A stretch of DNA of 64,000 nucleotides from Lingula anatina. Lineage: Eukaryota > Animalia > Brachiopoda. The notes beneath the pieces were generated by a model. That model had not been told where the DNA came from. It did no database searches and worked only from the letters and a program-made list of their open reading frames with translations. The stretch spans positions 22,878,001 to 22,942,000 of the forward strand of contig CM120645.1 of the NCBI GenBank assembly GCA_051362555.1, written 5' to 3'. Shown in pieces: positions 13,726-27,615 of the stretch. The position numbers were made by a program, and so were the translations under genes. Every line of letters starts with the position of its first letter. Within the stretch, counting starts at the first letter, position 1.

Positions 13726-16700
13726 CTGGAAATAGAACGAGAAACAATTAATTTATTTTATGATTTAATTTTTTATTCCCATCATCATCATCATCATCAT
13801 CTTTATCATTGTGGGTAATAGTACAGATACTATGTTATTGTGGATGATAACTATTCACAGTCAGTGTGCATGCACACACACACACACACACACACTATTT
13901 CTTCTGCAGTTTTCTCTGACCATTGCTGTCCAATGCGACATTCAGGGTGTTAGAAAACAAAAACAAGACCATCTGTTAAGTATCTTACTTCACTGAGATC
14001 AGGTTCTGGTTCAGTCTAGACTTTGTGAAAAAACTGCCATGTTTATACCTCTCTGTTGACAAGGGTATTTTGTAGCTTCAAAGACCCAGTACACTGACAC
14101 TGGACTTGTATTTAGATGTTACTCCTACTCTTTTCACATTCTTTTTAAGTAAAATGGTCTACTTAACTGTGTGAAAAAAAAAAAATTTTTCCCTAAAATC
14201 CATACCAAGAGCCTTTTCAGTCAGACACAGGCCTATCATTGGCAAAACTGAGCCCAAATGTCTTAAATACATTATAAGGGTAACCATACATTATTATTAC
14301 TTGATTTGGTTTGGACGCTGCTTAGTAGTAATTTCCTGATAGTTTAATCAATACAGTTATGATGACTATGTATTAAGTCATTTCATTCTGTATGCCCCTA
14401 TAATCACAGTAGAAGAAACCTCATTTAATTGCACTTCAGCTAATTTCTCTCCATTTTCCAACCAAATCAATTGATTCCAATTTCTTTTGTTAATTGAATT
14501 CCCTGTTTAATCCAATCAAAGTTAAATGAATTCCTCTTTCCTTACAGCCCACCTCTGCTTGCTCTAAACAGCCACCTTCATTATCCATCCCTGGGGCCCT
14601 CACACTGCACACCTAATGCCCTACATAGGTGTATCCACCACATCACTTCCATCATACAGCAGCTGGGGCCCCAAGATATCTAATAGGTGCCCTGTGCTGT
14701 GTATGTTGTAGCTATGAAGACCACCAGTCCAGTCTAGACACCACAGAGGGGTCTGCAGGCAGAGATCAAAGGGGCGTCCCTCCTGGTCCACTAATACCTT
14801 AATGACCACTCCATGATTGCAGCCATTAACTTTCTATAAGATACAGAGTGGGCTCATTTCTTATAAAATTATATAGGGGATTTGAAAATATAAAAGCTTA
14901 ATGGATGCACACATAAGGAAGAAGTACAGTTAACTGTTTTAGAGTGGGCTTGGTATTAAAGAACAGAGGTTTCTGCTTGTCTGATTGATCTTATTCATGG
15001 TCAGATGCATTATTACAGTCTATGTCACACTTAAGCAGGAGGTGTCTAGTCCGAAACCACTGAAAAGATGGTGGTACTTCCATGACTCATATTCTATGGC
15101 TATTTTGTAAGTGGGTGGCTTTTCTAAATGTCCATCAGCATTGTCCATCCTGCGATCACCTGATTTGACCATACCTGGGCAGTTACCTATTATTTGTACA
15201 ACTGTTTATCTCCCCTCATGACCACATATGTGTCACAGTGTTTTCAAGTGGGGTTGGCGAGGGCATGTGAAGTCGGCTTCAAAGGGCTTTACCTTGATTA
15301 TTGCCATTAATCCTCTTACGCAATAATTGAAATTGCGATGGTTATTGTTAAAATTCCTTTGAAGTTACCAGCTAATGTGGATTTTAGAGTACACCTCAAT
15401 GAAATACAACACACACACATTTGATATATGGGTCTGGGTGTTAAATTTGTTGTTAAAACAATATATCTTTAAAGTTTTTTGATGTGGGTATGTAATTATC
15501 TTGTAACTCACAAAAACTAGCATTAAAGAGAATAAATCCTCCCCTGCGACTGCCAACAAGTGGCTGCCCTATTGTTTTATTTTGGTGATAAATTATAGAA
15601 ACCTTTGTTTTTTATTGGGGTGTTGACCTTATAATGTAGTGGCTTGCCAAATAAAACATTAAAATTAGTGGTAATGACCACAAATTGCTTTCCCTCTCAA
15701 AGGCTGGCCAAGGAATGACCTGTTGGGTTTTTTGCCCAAGTAAAAACAACCCAAGGGAACGTTGAAAGAGCTCCTGAAACACTGCGCAAATGAAATCTGT
15801 AAATTAGCTTTGTTGGCTGCTAATACCTCTCCTTATTAAATCTAGATATTGTGACAACTTAAACTTTATTTCCACGAAATAACATCCTCAGAGGAAAGGA
15901 AGGCAGCTCTTGCCAAAATGTACAATAATGAAATAAAGAAATGAAGTCTTGCTGATTGCTTATTATCCTTCGATCTAAGGAATGGACAGTACTTAACAAA
16001 ATGGATCGAGGACCACGAAATACTGAGAAAGACAAGAAAATTAGCATGGTTTTCTAGCAATCAAGTTTCTTCTAGAGGTATGGCCCAGTCATGACCTGCA
16101 TTGTATTGCAATATACAAACATTTTGACCCACACACCATTTCCGTGAATAAATAGCTGCAAGTTTCAGAAAGATTGTCTTGCAAAAAATACACATAATAA
16201 GCTTCATTGTCCACTCTTTATGAATTCTTCTTAATGGGTACTTCCTTAAACATCTTAAACTTCACGAAAAAGAAAATAGCCTTCGGAATATTAGGATTCC
16301 TGTAAAAATTTAAGCAAAACCAAAGACATAATCCCATTACAGTATGGAAACACTCCCAGTCTTCTTTGAACACCATCAGGCTATATATGGTGCTGAAGTA
16401 AGCTGATGGTACTACAGGTTTAACTTTTTCAGTTACAAAATCATAGGGGTGGGGGTGGGAGGGAGGTGCCTAAATAGAATCTTCACACTTGTTATTATGA
16501 CAGAGATGTGGCACCAAAATACTTTTTAAAAACTTGAGTGACTGGTGAAAAATGTTCAGACTTGTGATATGATCATGTCAGCCAAGCATATATCCAAACA
16601 AGTATGTTAGAAGTACAACAAGAATAGTATGGTAAAGGGAACAACTATCCCGATACAGATGCGACCAAGTGTGTCAGAAATGTGGCACCAACTTCAGCAT

Positions 16701-16730
16701 GAACATATGTCAACTGTGTGTGTCTACACC

Positions 16731-16790
16731 ATACAAGACAAGCCTCATCATTATCTGACAATACAAGACAAGCCTAATCATCATCTGACT
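16731..16790. repeat. 30-bp tandem duplication
   Basis: atacaagacaagcctcatcattatctgaca followed by atacaagacaagcctaatcatcatctgact. Confidence 0.9.
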
Positions 16791-17298
16791 GCGCACACAG
16801 ACACGCTAATGTCTTCTGCAAGAGACTAATGACAAAGGCACGAGGGCAATGACAAGATTTGGTTACATCACAGAAGCCTCTCTGGCCAAGCTTCACAGGG
16901 CAGAGATGACCATCATTTCACCTGCTCATGCAAGGTGTCGTCTGCAGAACAATGTACATCAGGGCTGACATGTTTCCAGTGGATCAGATATTGGACAAGA
17001 TGTTGAGAAAAAATACCACTCATTTTTTCCATATTTTTTTTGACAGAGCTAATCTTTTTGTACCTAATATTATGTAATTAATAAACTGCATTTGGATTTA
17101 ACTATGAAACACTCATCTACAATATCAAAAAATGTAAAGAGTTGAATTTCAAAATAATTTCATTATTTTCCTCTCCTTCTGAAGTATAGACAGCCTGATC
17201 ACTTCAGCAGGCCAAGTACTTAGTAGTTTATTGCCTGCTAATATGTCTGCAGTTCAACCCCTCAGTGAAGAGGACTTGACTGGGCAACAATAAAAATT

Positions 17299-18248
17299 TA
17301 TTTTTATTATTATTATTATTATTTATTATTTATTGCGGTTCAAGTACATTTTTTACAATGACTATGACCTAACAGTATACATAATATAATCATATAACTA
17401 AAATTACAATAGTAAATTACAATATTGTTTATACAATAACTGTGATCAGATTTTACAATTGCAGTATACGCTCGTTACTTTGGTTGACTAGGTGGTGGTT
17501 GGTTGAGAATATTTTTTCTTTCCTTATTACACATTGTGATATAGTGGGCCACATTCTTTATAACATGTAAATCGTTTGACTGCATTATGCATTTGAACTG
17601 ACCCTCTGGGGTTTGTGTAGGATCTGGTTTTAGGATCTCCCTGTGTTTGGTGAGTAAGGGGCATTTTAAAAGAAAGTGTATTTCGTTTTCCACTTTGTCT
17701 GAGCATAACTTGCAGATCCTTTCTTCAGGGGGTATTGATTTTGGTTTTCGGTATCTGCCTCTTTGGATTTCTAAGTCATGTGCCCCTGTTCTAAATTTTG
17801 CCAAATTTTGCATTTCATGTTTTGGTATAGGTGCTGTTGTGTACGCTTCCCTTTCATAATTTGTTTTAAATAATCGATATGTACGTAGTATGCTGTTTTC
17901 TCGCTCTATTTCTTTGAGAAACAAAAGGGTATAATGACTTTCCAGTGCTTTTTTTACTTCTGCTTTCGAGGGGGTATTAGTCTGTGTTTTCATTAGATTT
18001 TGAGTAATGTATTTGATTTCGCTTGACCAATTTTTTACCTGTGTATCCTGTTTTGTTTCATATTCATACATTGTTTTTGCCAAGCGCTGCTTTGGCATTT
18101 CAGATAATCTTTGCCAGTAGGATGTAGCATGACCCATTATGTCATGTGTAATTGGGAATCTACCTAGTTCTGCTTTAGCTGCTATATTACTGGCATTGCG
18201 CCTCACACCTAAAATGTATTTGCAGTAGTTATTTTGTACTACTTCTAA
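17299..18248 (-). mobile_element. 5'-truncated non-LTR retrotransposon (LINE; C-terminal ORF2 region, RTE-X- or CR1/L2-group-like) with 3' UTR and (TAA)n tail
   Basis: Frame 18248-17475 is open without interruption: LEVVQNNYCKYILGVRRNASNIAAKAELGRFP...KFRTGAHDLEIQRGRY...ERICKLC..KVENEIHFLLKC. These are post-RT motifs with a CX2C..H..C zinc knuckle typical of invertebrate LINE ORF2. A (TAA)n/AATAA tail lies at about 17299-17334 on the minus strand. RT and endonuclease are absent. Clade assignment is uncertain. Confidence 0.9.
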
Positions 18249-21110
18249 TTATGATGTCTAGGAATGTTCAGGACAGTTAAGAGCAGTTAAAGCTTAGGTA
18301 CTGAAAACAGTCCACAGTTTCTATATAAACCCAATTATAAGCCCCCCCCCCCCCCCCCCAACATACACATCCTCCATCCCCAATGTACACTCTACTCCAG
18401 TCAGCCAGTCTCTACTAATGGCCAGGTTCCTGTTCCACAAACTTCCTTCAAACCCCCTGATTCCCATATGTCAAAGTACCCCTAAATGACGCTAATATGT
18501 CCTAATACACCCCTGGAGATGTTGGGAGGGCCTCCAGGGTCCTCTTTACTCAGGTAGAGCAGGTATTATTTTACATAACCGGAGACACAGATACTAGGGA
18601 CGACCTTCAAAGGAGGAACTGGACCAGGTAATTATAATTAAGGATGTAAAGGTATAAGACCTACATGGATGGGGTGGGCCTGTGGTTTGCCCGGGCATAG
18701 ATAGATATGATCTGCAACTTGGTGGAGAGCTGTAGATTGAACATAATGAAAATCTTTTTCTCTATTTCAAACATTGGACTATTACTGTTTATATGACAAC
18801 ATCCTGTAAATATCAACTTCAGTGAAATCTGGAGATGTATATTCTTGTTAAGTTCATCTAGTAAAACCATACTAAACCTTACTGAGTTGCTTATAAATAA
18901 AACTCTCTTACTAAAAGATTCCTTTGCACATGACTTTTTCTGTATAAATTATAAGCAAGATATAGAAAGCATTAAGATCTCTCTCACTGAATTCTTTTTT
19001 CTAATTTTTGTTTTCTGAACAGAGTGCATATGAATGTCCTCATCAGAAAATCTCATAAAAGTATTATACAGATATACAAAGAAACAGCTGTACTCAGCTG
19101 GCTTGTGGTACTCTATCACCTCAAGCACTTGCCAGGGGCTACAAATCCAGCACTATAATATCAACAAATCAGAAAGAAATTTGACCAAACAATTCTGAAT
19201 TATTCACTGAGGACAAACGTGCCTCCTGACCAGACTCGGACCAAACAAGTGGACAACAAACAGTGCTAGGATTTGCTTTGTTCCTCAGCCACAAAATCCA
19301 ATTTCTCATTTGCACAGGTAAAAGGTTCCGTCGTGTAATTTCCACAGTTATCAACAGGTTGTTGTTGTTATGATTCTGATATCAAAGGCCAATTCCATGT
19401 GATTTTTGTTTGTTTAATTACAAAGTAAATTGCTACCTATCTACTAGAGTTACTTTGATGTTTGCCTGTGTTGACCTTAGAAGTGGAGCGGTACGTATTC
19501 TATTGTACTGCGAAGGTATTATCCTCTCCCGGTTGTTCACTTAAATTGTTGTGAACTCAAGCGTAGCAAAAAGCACTGAAATGAAACGGGTGTTCTAAGG
19601 TGAGACGGTGCTTTGAAAATCATGAAGAAAGAAAAGTTGTAATAAGATCGCATTTCTTTCCTTACTCACTTTCTCTTTTTCTTGACTTCGAAATGCCCCT
19701 ATCATGTCCTGAAGAACACTGAGGCTACATGGCATTTGCCCTGGTTATGACTTCAGAATCAATCGAGTAAGTCAAATAGAGCTATAAGTAATCTTCACCT
19801 CAGTGTGAAAAATGTTTTTATGACTTTTCAATTGATAAGGATAAGGGCAGTAAAGACAAGAATAATCTTAACCTTAAAGAGCAAATAGCTACAAAACACT
19901 GTACAGCCCTCGCTTATAAAATCCTGACCCCTCCACAAACATCAAATCAATACTTTTCATGTCAGTTTCTCATAAAAACTGTTATCTTACTTCGTCTCCA
20001 GACAGGTTAATATCATACCTGTGGATGTGTCTCTCTCGGTCGACTTTTAATTACAAGGCAACCAAGATGTAATTATCTATTAATCCTTACATCAAAGAGC
20101 ACAGATTATCAATCAGATTGTCTAGGCATGTCCAGAGATGTGAACTGACCATGGCACTGACCAATGGCATTGACCCTTTGGACACAACATTAAACTTAAT
20201 TGATGCTACAAAAAAATCTCTTTGTGGACTGAAGATAAATTCTGGCTCACTTAATTCGGACTGGTTGAGTTTTATTCAGAAAATAGCAATTTAATTTGAA
20301 TGCAATTGGATGTAAAGACAAAAAACAAGGAATAAAGCTGCATTTCCCCTGCTTCCTTTTCATTTTTTAAATTTCACTGAAATTTTCATCCCCTTGCTCT
20401 CTAGTGCCTGAAGGCAACCTCTCTCATCTTCAGCACAGGGAAACTCTCTATTTCTTTCATGCATGTGTGCAACTATTATTTCTGGCTTCAGCATAGAATT
20501 CAGTCCTTCCTCTTTGTTACCATTCTAGTTAAAGGCAAATCATCAAATACCTGGATCCCATTCATTATGTCATTGAAGTACAGCACAACACAGGGAAGAT
20601 CTGGGTAAGTGTCTTATGGAAACTGAAAGGGCGGAAAACACTGAGAAAATAGAAGATTACAAGGCGGACCATGGTTGTGTAATGATGATTTGCAGGTTTT
20701 TGTTAAAACAAACATCAATTACTTACTCTAAAGGAAGCTATTTGCTAAGAAAATTACAGGGTGGGATGCTTAAATGGTTAACAGTCCTAGGGCCATGGTT
20801 AGACAAAGATGTCACCAGTGGGGGGCGCGGAAGGAGGTTTTTTGCTAGGTGATGTGGTCATCCTTATCTGCAATCACACGTGGGAAAGTGCAGTTGAAAT
20901 GCTTTGATGAAATAAAGAGATAAAATCTGATCTTCCCCTCCTGTGTTCAAACTGGAGAGATGTGTTGACAATGTTGCAGGCTTCCCTCTGTGTTGAGAGA
21001 TACCACGGGATAGTGTGTACTGTTATCTGGACACCCTGCCCAGCTGTGTGTGTTCTGCTAATTGAAACAGCATTGTTTTAAGGGTTAATGGGTCTGTTTT
21101 GATAACTATT

Positions 21111-21360
21111 TTTTCTTTTCCTCTCTCTCTCTCTCCCTCCCTCCCCCTCCTCTCTCTCCTTCCTTTCTCTCTCTCTCTCTCTCTCCCTCCCTCCCTCCCT
21201 CTCTTCATACACCTGGGGAAGAAGTAGGAGGGTAGTACAGGAAGAAGAAAATTAGGTGGCATGAGCAAAATGAGGTGGCAACAGAAAAGAAGAACAGGAA
21301 GAGAGGTAGGAAGGGGAGGAGAAAGGTAGAGGGGGGGGGGAGGAAGAGACAGAGAGAGGA
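21111..21360. repeat. Polypyrimidine (CT/CCCT)n tract followed by a purine-rich tract
   Basis: Pure C/T run at about 21111-21206, then a G/A-rich run at about 21240-21360. Confidence 0.85.
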
Positions 21361-24300
21361 CATCAACCACCTGTGTCTATTTGATGCCTCTGGCAGAAGA
21401 CATTGGTCACATAAGTAGCATAGATGTGGTATTTTTACAATAACATTAAAAAACCACTTCATCCTTCCACCAACCCAGACCTACTCTACATAATCAACAC
21501 CCTAAAAGAGAGACAATTAACAGAAAGGGTAGCAATAATATCCACTTCAAAATGATATATCAATATCTCAAGGCTTAAACATAACTGAGCCCACAGATGC
21601 CTTTGTCTAAAGCATTCAGCTTTCTTTGACAACAAAACACCCTCATTTTTTTCTTCAATTTTCACAGGGACACTGAGTTTGTTTTAACACAGATTCCTCA
21701 CATAACCATCATATATCATACATGTTAGTGGCCCTGTGCTGTAGACAAGGGCCCTCCAGTGGATATTGGAACAGTAAGAAGGCAGGTGTACAGGAACTGG
21801 CAGTCAAGACCACATCTCTCTCCTCTTCTAGGATATCACTTTATTTCTCCAGTCATAGTTGGATGTCTTCTTCAAAAACATGAGGACTCCACAGGCTTAG
21901 CTGACTTGGCCTTCTGTTTTAGCTCCCCAGCTACAGTATATTGCCTTTATTATATAACATGTCTTGACATTTTTTCTCCAATTCTATATACAATTTTCCA
22001 TCACTTTTACCATTCAGATTTTCTTCCAACAAAATTTATATCAGCCAGTAGTTATAGTTTTAAGTTTACCTAAAAGGTCATGACTCTTTCCTATGTAATC
22101 TGACCAAAACATACGCCTTTCTTCTCATCAATGTTGGCTTATTTTCATACCTATTGTAATGTCCAATGTTTAGATTTGTACCCGAACTTTAAATACAGCA
22201 TGTTGCTTGTTCAGTGAAGGTTTCTATCACCTAAAATAACCTTCAAGTCTTTAAATGACAGTCTGGCTGTTATTTTGATATCTAGGGCTCTATTTCATAC
22301 CTCACATAATGCTTAGAAAATGCATAATTTTACGGCCAACAATAACATGAACACGTATGTGTTGCCGTATGTGCTGCCAAGGGGCAATTGACAGGACATG
22401 ATGGAATTTATATCCGTAGTTATTAACAAAATAACAGGCTTCTTTTGTTCAAAAGCTGTGTAATAACATTTCACATAGATCAAGTATCCATTTCATGATT
22501 CCGAATCACAGTTTTAACTTTGGGACTTGGTAAAATAATACACATGAGTAGTTGTTTTATTGTTACTATGGCAATAAAGTAGACAACAAAATGGACTCGA
22601 TGTTTGTGCTACATGCAGAAAACAGACAAAAAGTTGTTTGGTTTATCCAAATGGTATTTACTTTCACACCAGTAACAAAAACACCTGTTTCAAGTGACCT
22701 GGGCTTATTTCAAAGTACCAGCCAAGAAATGATCAAATTGTGTGTGTTCTTTGAAAAATGCTTTATAATCTCAGTGCAATTTTATACTTTCAATTCAGCG
22801 TGGTTTTAGAGGTTAAGTTTGTTTTGCGGTCACTCTCTCCATGTCCCATCTGTTCAATTTTATCAGGTGAATTTTTGAAGCACAGAGGGTGCTTTACTTT
22901 GATATTTAAGGCCATTAAAACACAATACAATCCTTAAGACCTCTTCAACACAGCCTTATGGGGGAAATTCCTCAACAATCCAAAAGAATCATCCCTTACA
23001 ATCTTAATCACCGACATATGGGACATTTTGACGCAGGACACAGAAATTCATTAAGTGACAAAAGGAGCCTTATCATGTCTGTAAAACTACATAAACAGGT
23101 CAATCCTTCAGCAATCCACAAGAATCACATGCATTATACTTCTAATGAACTAACATATGGCCATTTTTGAGGAACACAGGGATATTCAGAGAGCTACAAG
23201 AGTGCCTCTTTGAAGTACTTGAAGAGGCCTAAGTATGGTAAACAAAGAATCAAAGACATAAGGCCCCCTTTGAATACACCTCAGTTTGGTAAAATTTTCA
23301 GTCAGGGGAATTAGGTGAGAGAACCATCTCAACAAGGTAGCTGAAGTACCCGTGAAGAGGGGGAAACCCTGTAAATAAAGACAACAAGGCCATATGGCAC
23401 TGGCAAATAACAACAATCAGGGGAAAGGGGGCATTTGTGACATTGAAGTCCTGAAGATCTATTGATTTCTCATCAAAATCAGCCATATACAAGTCCAGAA
23501 CTTAACTTATGACAAATTAAGGGGTAAACCAAGAAACTTTTTCCAATTCATTAGGTCAAATTAATCAACTTAGATATTCATTTTCAGCTCTGATCGTCTG
23601 CTCAGCCTAACCCTGCCCCCTGGTGGTATGTTATAATTCCACCACTCACAGTGGCATATGGAGGTGTCAACACTTCACAATCATATCCTGTATCAGAGTT
23701 ATTGATAGCCCAATGATATCCCAATTAATTAGGAGCATTAACATCCACCAATACATGACAGACCTCCCCTGCCTGGCAGAGAGGCTAGTTAAGGCCAAAA
23801 CTATCACATATGGGCAATACCACCACTACAGGCCAGACACCTGAAGTGGCTTTATTAACAGAAACCAGGTAGCCCCCCACAGGGAAAGAAGGCTAGTTAT
23901 AAGGGATAGCTGTACCTTAATGTTACTTATTGATACCGCTAGAAATTATCTTTATTGCCATCTTCAGCCCCCTGCTGGGATAAGACGAAATAATCATGAC
24001 AAGACCATATGGGCGATGTCAACTTTTTTATATTAGGGTTAAGAACCTTATTATGATTTGTCATCACCTTTCAACTGTCCACCCTGTATGATGGCTATTT
24101 ATCCTGGTAATTAGGGTGCCAAAATATGCATCAAAATATCAAACCTGACAAGAGAAACACTACCTAAAGATCCACTACTATATATTTAATTATATAAGCA
24201 GAATCAACAAGGAGTAAAAATCAGCAGAATTATGTAATTCTACTGGACTTATGCCAGGTTGTGTATGTATCCTCACCCTAGCCCCTACAGTACCCCAGAT

Positions 24301-25538
24301 ACCTCGGACTACCTTTATAAAAAGATCACCCGGGTTAAGTTAAATGAAGTGACAAAAAAAGGCATCAGTGGTATGCCAGGATAACAAGTAATTCTGTTTG
24401 TGACTCGATTTAGCCAAGTGTTAAGGCGATTTAGGCATCTGGGCACACGTGGGCCGTAATGGAGGGCAGGGCATCAGTTCGGATGCAATGAAGCTGCTAA
24501 CGAAATCATCCCACCTCGGTGAAATGTCACAGCTTTTATAACCCATTGAACACGAGACGAGTCAAAAAGTATTTGTACTGGGCGCAAAATGTTGACAGCT
24601 TCTATTTAATGTGCATATTGTCCCGTCCTGAATGGCTGTTGATCTAGATGGCCCGATGAAGGCATTGAGACCTGCAGGATCATGACAAATATAATACGAG
24701 GAGACAATCAGGATCATTGACTACCATACAAAGATAACTTCATGCACCTGCCAAGCAGTAAACAACTCGGGAAGTATCAATGCCGGTATAATGTTAGAAG
24801 AAAACAAGAAAACAAGGATCATTCACTGCTGAACAAGAGCACCAACTCTAGAGGCAGGCAACTCCATGCACCTGTGAAGTGGTAAACATCTAAGGCAACT
24901 TCCGAGGGTTGACACCATTGTCCTCGTGCTTATTTAACAAATGGACAATACCACCTGTTTGTGTGTCTTGGCCGAATATCACCAAGCCTGATAAGATCAT
25001 TCCTCCGAAAATAACTCCTTGCCCAAGGCCATGGGGATATTGTCATAAAACGCTAGACGTAATAGCCTGGAGATCCGTCAAAGGAATCATGGCTGGTTTT
25101 GTTACGGGTTGAATTCTTTCTCTGAGTAACAGGTGTTTCCTAAGTCCCCAAAACGTAAAATACTTGTTTACCGTCAACTTCAGTCACGGCTGTCATTGAT
25201 TGGTCACAATGATGCAAACGAAAACAACAACACTGCCAATAATGGTATGTGTTTAACAACCAAACAATCCAACAATTCCCCTTCCTCGGGTTCAGAGCGT
25301 AGGTTGGCCCTCTCATAACATATGCCTTATCAACCCCATCAACACAAAACTGTCCTCAAAATACAGATCATATTTATTTTTCTTGGACCTTTTTCTCCAT
25401 TTATCCCCGGTTGCCTAACAAAACTTATGAACGAAGCAACTCCGAAAATAGAGATGGTGGAACCCCCAAAGAAAACAATGCAGTACCCCGTTTTCCGATT
25501 CTCCAAAACCTGCCAACTGGAACATTGGGGTCGCTCAC

Positions 25539-25693
25539 CTGCTAAATGGCGTAAAAGATGAGAATGAGCCAATCTTTTGTTTTAAGAGCCCCGAATTAAG
25601 CTTGTTTATGTACATTGTAACTACCTTGAATACAAAAGGTGTTACCCTTGATTTTGGAAATTGGTGATTCAATCCTGGCCGTTTGGTCTTCAT
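25539..25693 (-). CDS. Candidate alternative first coding exon joining to the 13725 exon (MKTKRPGLNHQFPKSRVTPFVFKVVTMYINKLNSGLLKQKIGSFSSFTPFS-R)
   Basis: In-frame ATGs at 25693 and 25615, open for 51 codons + 2 nt, then strong donor CAG|gtgagc in phase 2, the phase needed by the next acceptor (13725). A CpG-retaining block follows on the sense strand (about 24.36-25.6 kb). Prediction only. Confidence 0.5.
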
Positions 25694-27097
25694 TTTGATC
25701 AACTCTGGACTTGTTTTAGATTACCCAGTCAACCAGGAAGAAAGCATTCAAGTTCTGATGATGTTCAGGTGAAGATGAAAATCAAATTTTATCACTGTGA
25801 ATCCCCACCCTATGTGTCATCCATGAAAAGAACTGTTTCTGTTTTCTCACACTCCGTAACCCGGCCTCTAGGTATAGAAGGTAATTGAGAGCAGAAGCAG
25901 ACGTCATCGTCTTGTCCAATATTTGGTGATTTATTTATTTACACCCTTCCTGCACTGGAAGGTGAGTTCTGTGCATCATCTTTTCTCTGATTTCATTCCC
26001 AGTATTGTCATCCAAAATGGGATTTTTTCTTTGATTTCTGCCCATCTCATGAACTTTTTCCCCTATAGTGTAACTCTTCCATATCAATGTCTTCACCTTC
26101 TTTCCATTTCATGCCAAGATCAGTTCTGAACTACCCTGAGTGAAACTGTTCCAAATCTCTGGCTTTAATCCTTAAATTTCACACAGTTCACCTAGACAGT
26201 CTCTGAGAGGCGAATTACAGCACTCTCTCAGGACTTAATTAACTTCATAAATTTAAATGTTGCTGTAACCTGAAGTCAAAGAGTCTGGAGCAGTCGTGAA
26301 AAATATTCCTGAGGTATGACATCATCCTCAATCAGGGCACCTGTATTAATTTATGGAATCTAAATGTTCATGTGTAATGTCATATGTCTCATTACTGAGC
26401 CAGAGTAGAGTTAATTAATATGCGGAGGAATGGGGCTGGTTGGATAGGAAGAAAACTGCTGGGCCTAGCCCACTTGGTACCATGTGAAAAGACTGTGTGT
26501 GGATCAGTGTGGAAAACTTTAAACCACACTGTACAATGTAGAGACCTCTCATCCATATGACACAGTGTGGAAAACATCCAAACACCAGAGAACTTTCCCA
26601 TGAGATTGAGTCTCCTTGCAGCTGAACACTTACTAGGACTGTTACACTTATGCCATGAAAATACAACAAAGCTATCTTATCCGCCATCTCATCGTATCGT
26701 TTTCAAAAACACCATTATTTAACCTGAATAGATGTTGTTATTTGTCGATTACCTGACCCCGTTTTCTTTCATCTATGTACATTTCATTTTGTATATTTCA
26801 AATTAATGGGGGCAAAATAAAAAACCACCCTCTGGCTTACGTACGTAGTTTGACAAAAAAGTAGTACGCCCAATACTTAAGCAATGATATTTTATAAATT
26901 GGGACCATTATAATAACATTATGTTTGCTGTTGCTCTGTTGATAAGTGGATAGGAACTGGCATAATGGGTTATCTTTCATACTTGCTCAAGTTAAGGCAC
27001 CTGCTACTCTTCTGCTTTGATATTTCATAAACTGAGATTTAAATACCACAGTTATTTTCTTATAGCATTTTTTGGTCAGAAAACAAGTCCTACTCAC

Positions 27098-27378
27098 CCA
27101 TATCGCTGAAAGTCCAAGAGATTTGGTGGTGGTGTAGGCGGCCTACATGAACCATAGTAACTGCTGGTATCAGACCCATCAACATCTGTCTGCGTGCCAA
27201 CAGACACGAGCGTGGGCGACCTATTCCTCATCTGGCTGCTGTTACTGCTACTGTTACTGATGTTGTTACTGTTTTTGTTCACTCTCCTTAGAACCTCCAC
27301 TATGATCGGCTCCTGGGCACCATGAAATGCCTCCACAGCTTCTTCGTGCGACGCCTTGGACAAGTCCTGTCCATTTAC
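27098..27378 (-). CDS. PDZRN3/4: PDZRN3/4 (LNX3/4, Slip1)-like internal exon: C-terminal half of PDZ1 plus linker ([32 protein letters not shown]...LVSVGTQTD...[16 protein letters not shown])
   Basis: Minus strand reads acceptor tttctag|GTA AAT GGA and donor TAT GG|gtgagt; 281 nt, phase 0 to phase 2. The peptide matches the recalled PDZRN3/4 signature VNG.DLS.A.H..AVEAF..A.EPI.V.VLRR and the downstream GTQTD motif. Confidence 0.95.
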
Positions 27379-27584
27379 CTAGAAAGACACAAAATAAAAA
27401 TAGCCATTAATTTGTGCTGTTATGTTATAATATTAAACCATGTGTCAGGGCTGGGATATACAGTCAAATGAAGAGCAGCCCCAACCACTTAGTCACTGAA
27501 AAACATGGGCTGCCTGTATCCTTCCACCAAAGGTATGTCCTTGAAGTAGCCTTTTCTAAGAGAAAAAAGAATCTTACATCATAC

Positions 27585-27613
<29 letters not shown>
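27585..27613. repeat. Poly-A tract (29 nt)
   Basis: Directly visible. It reads as poly-U on the sense pre-mRNA about 200 nt upstream of the 27378 acceptor. Confidence 0.95.

Positions 27614-27615
<2 letters not shown>

Noticed and set aside
21023-21462. ORFs with ER/poly-P repeats (also 35227, 42032-42407, 6298-6652, 2326-2692)
   Set aside because: These are artefacts of microsatellites and homopolymers.
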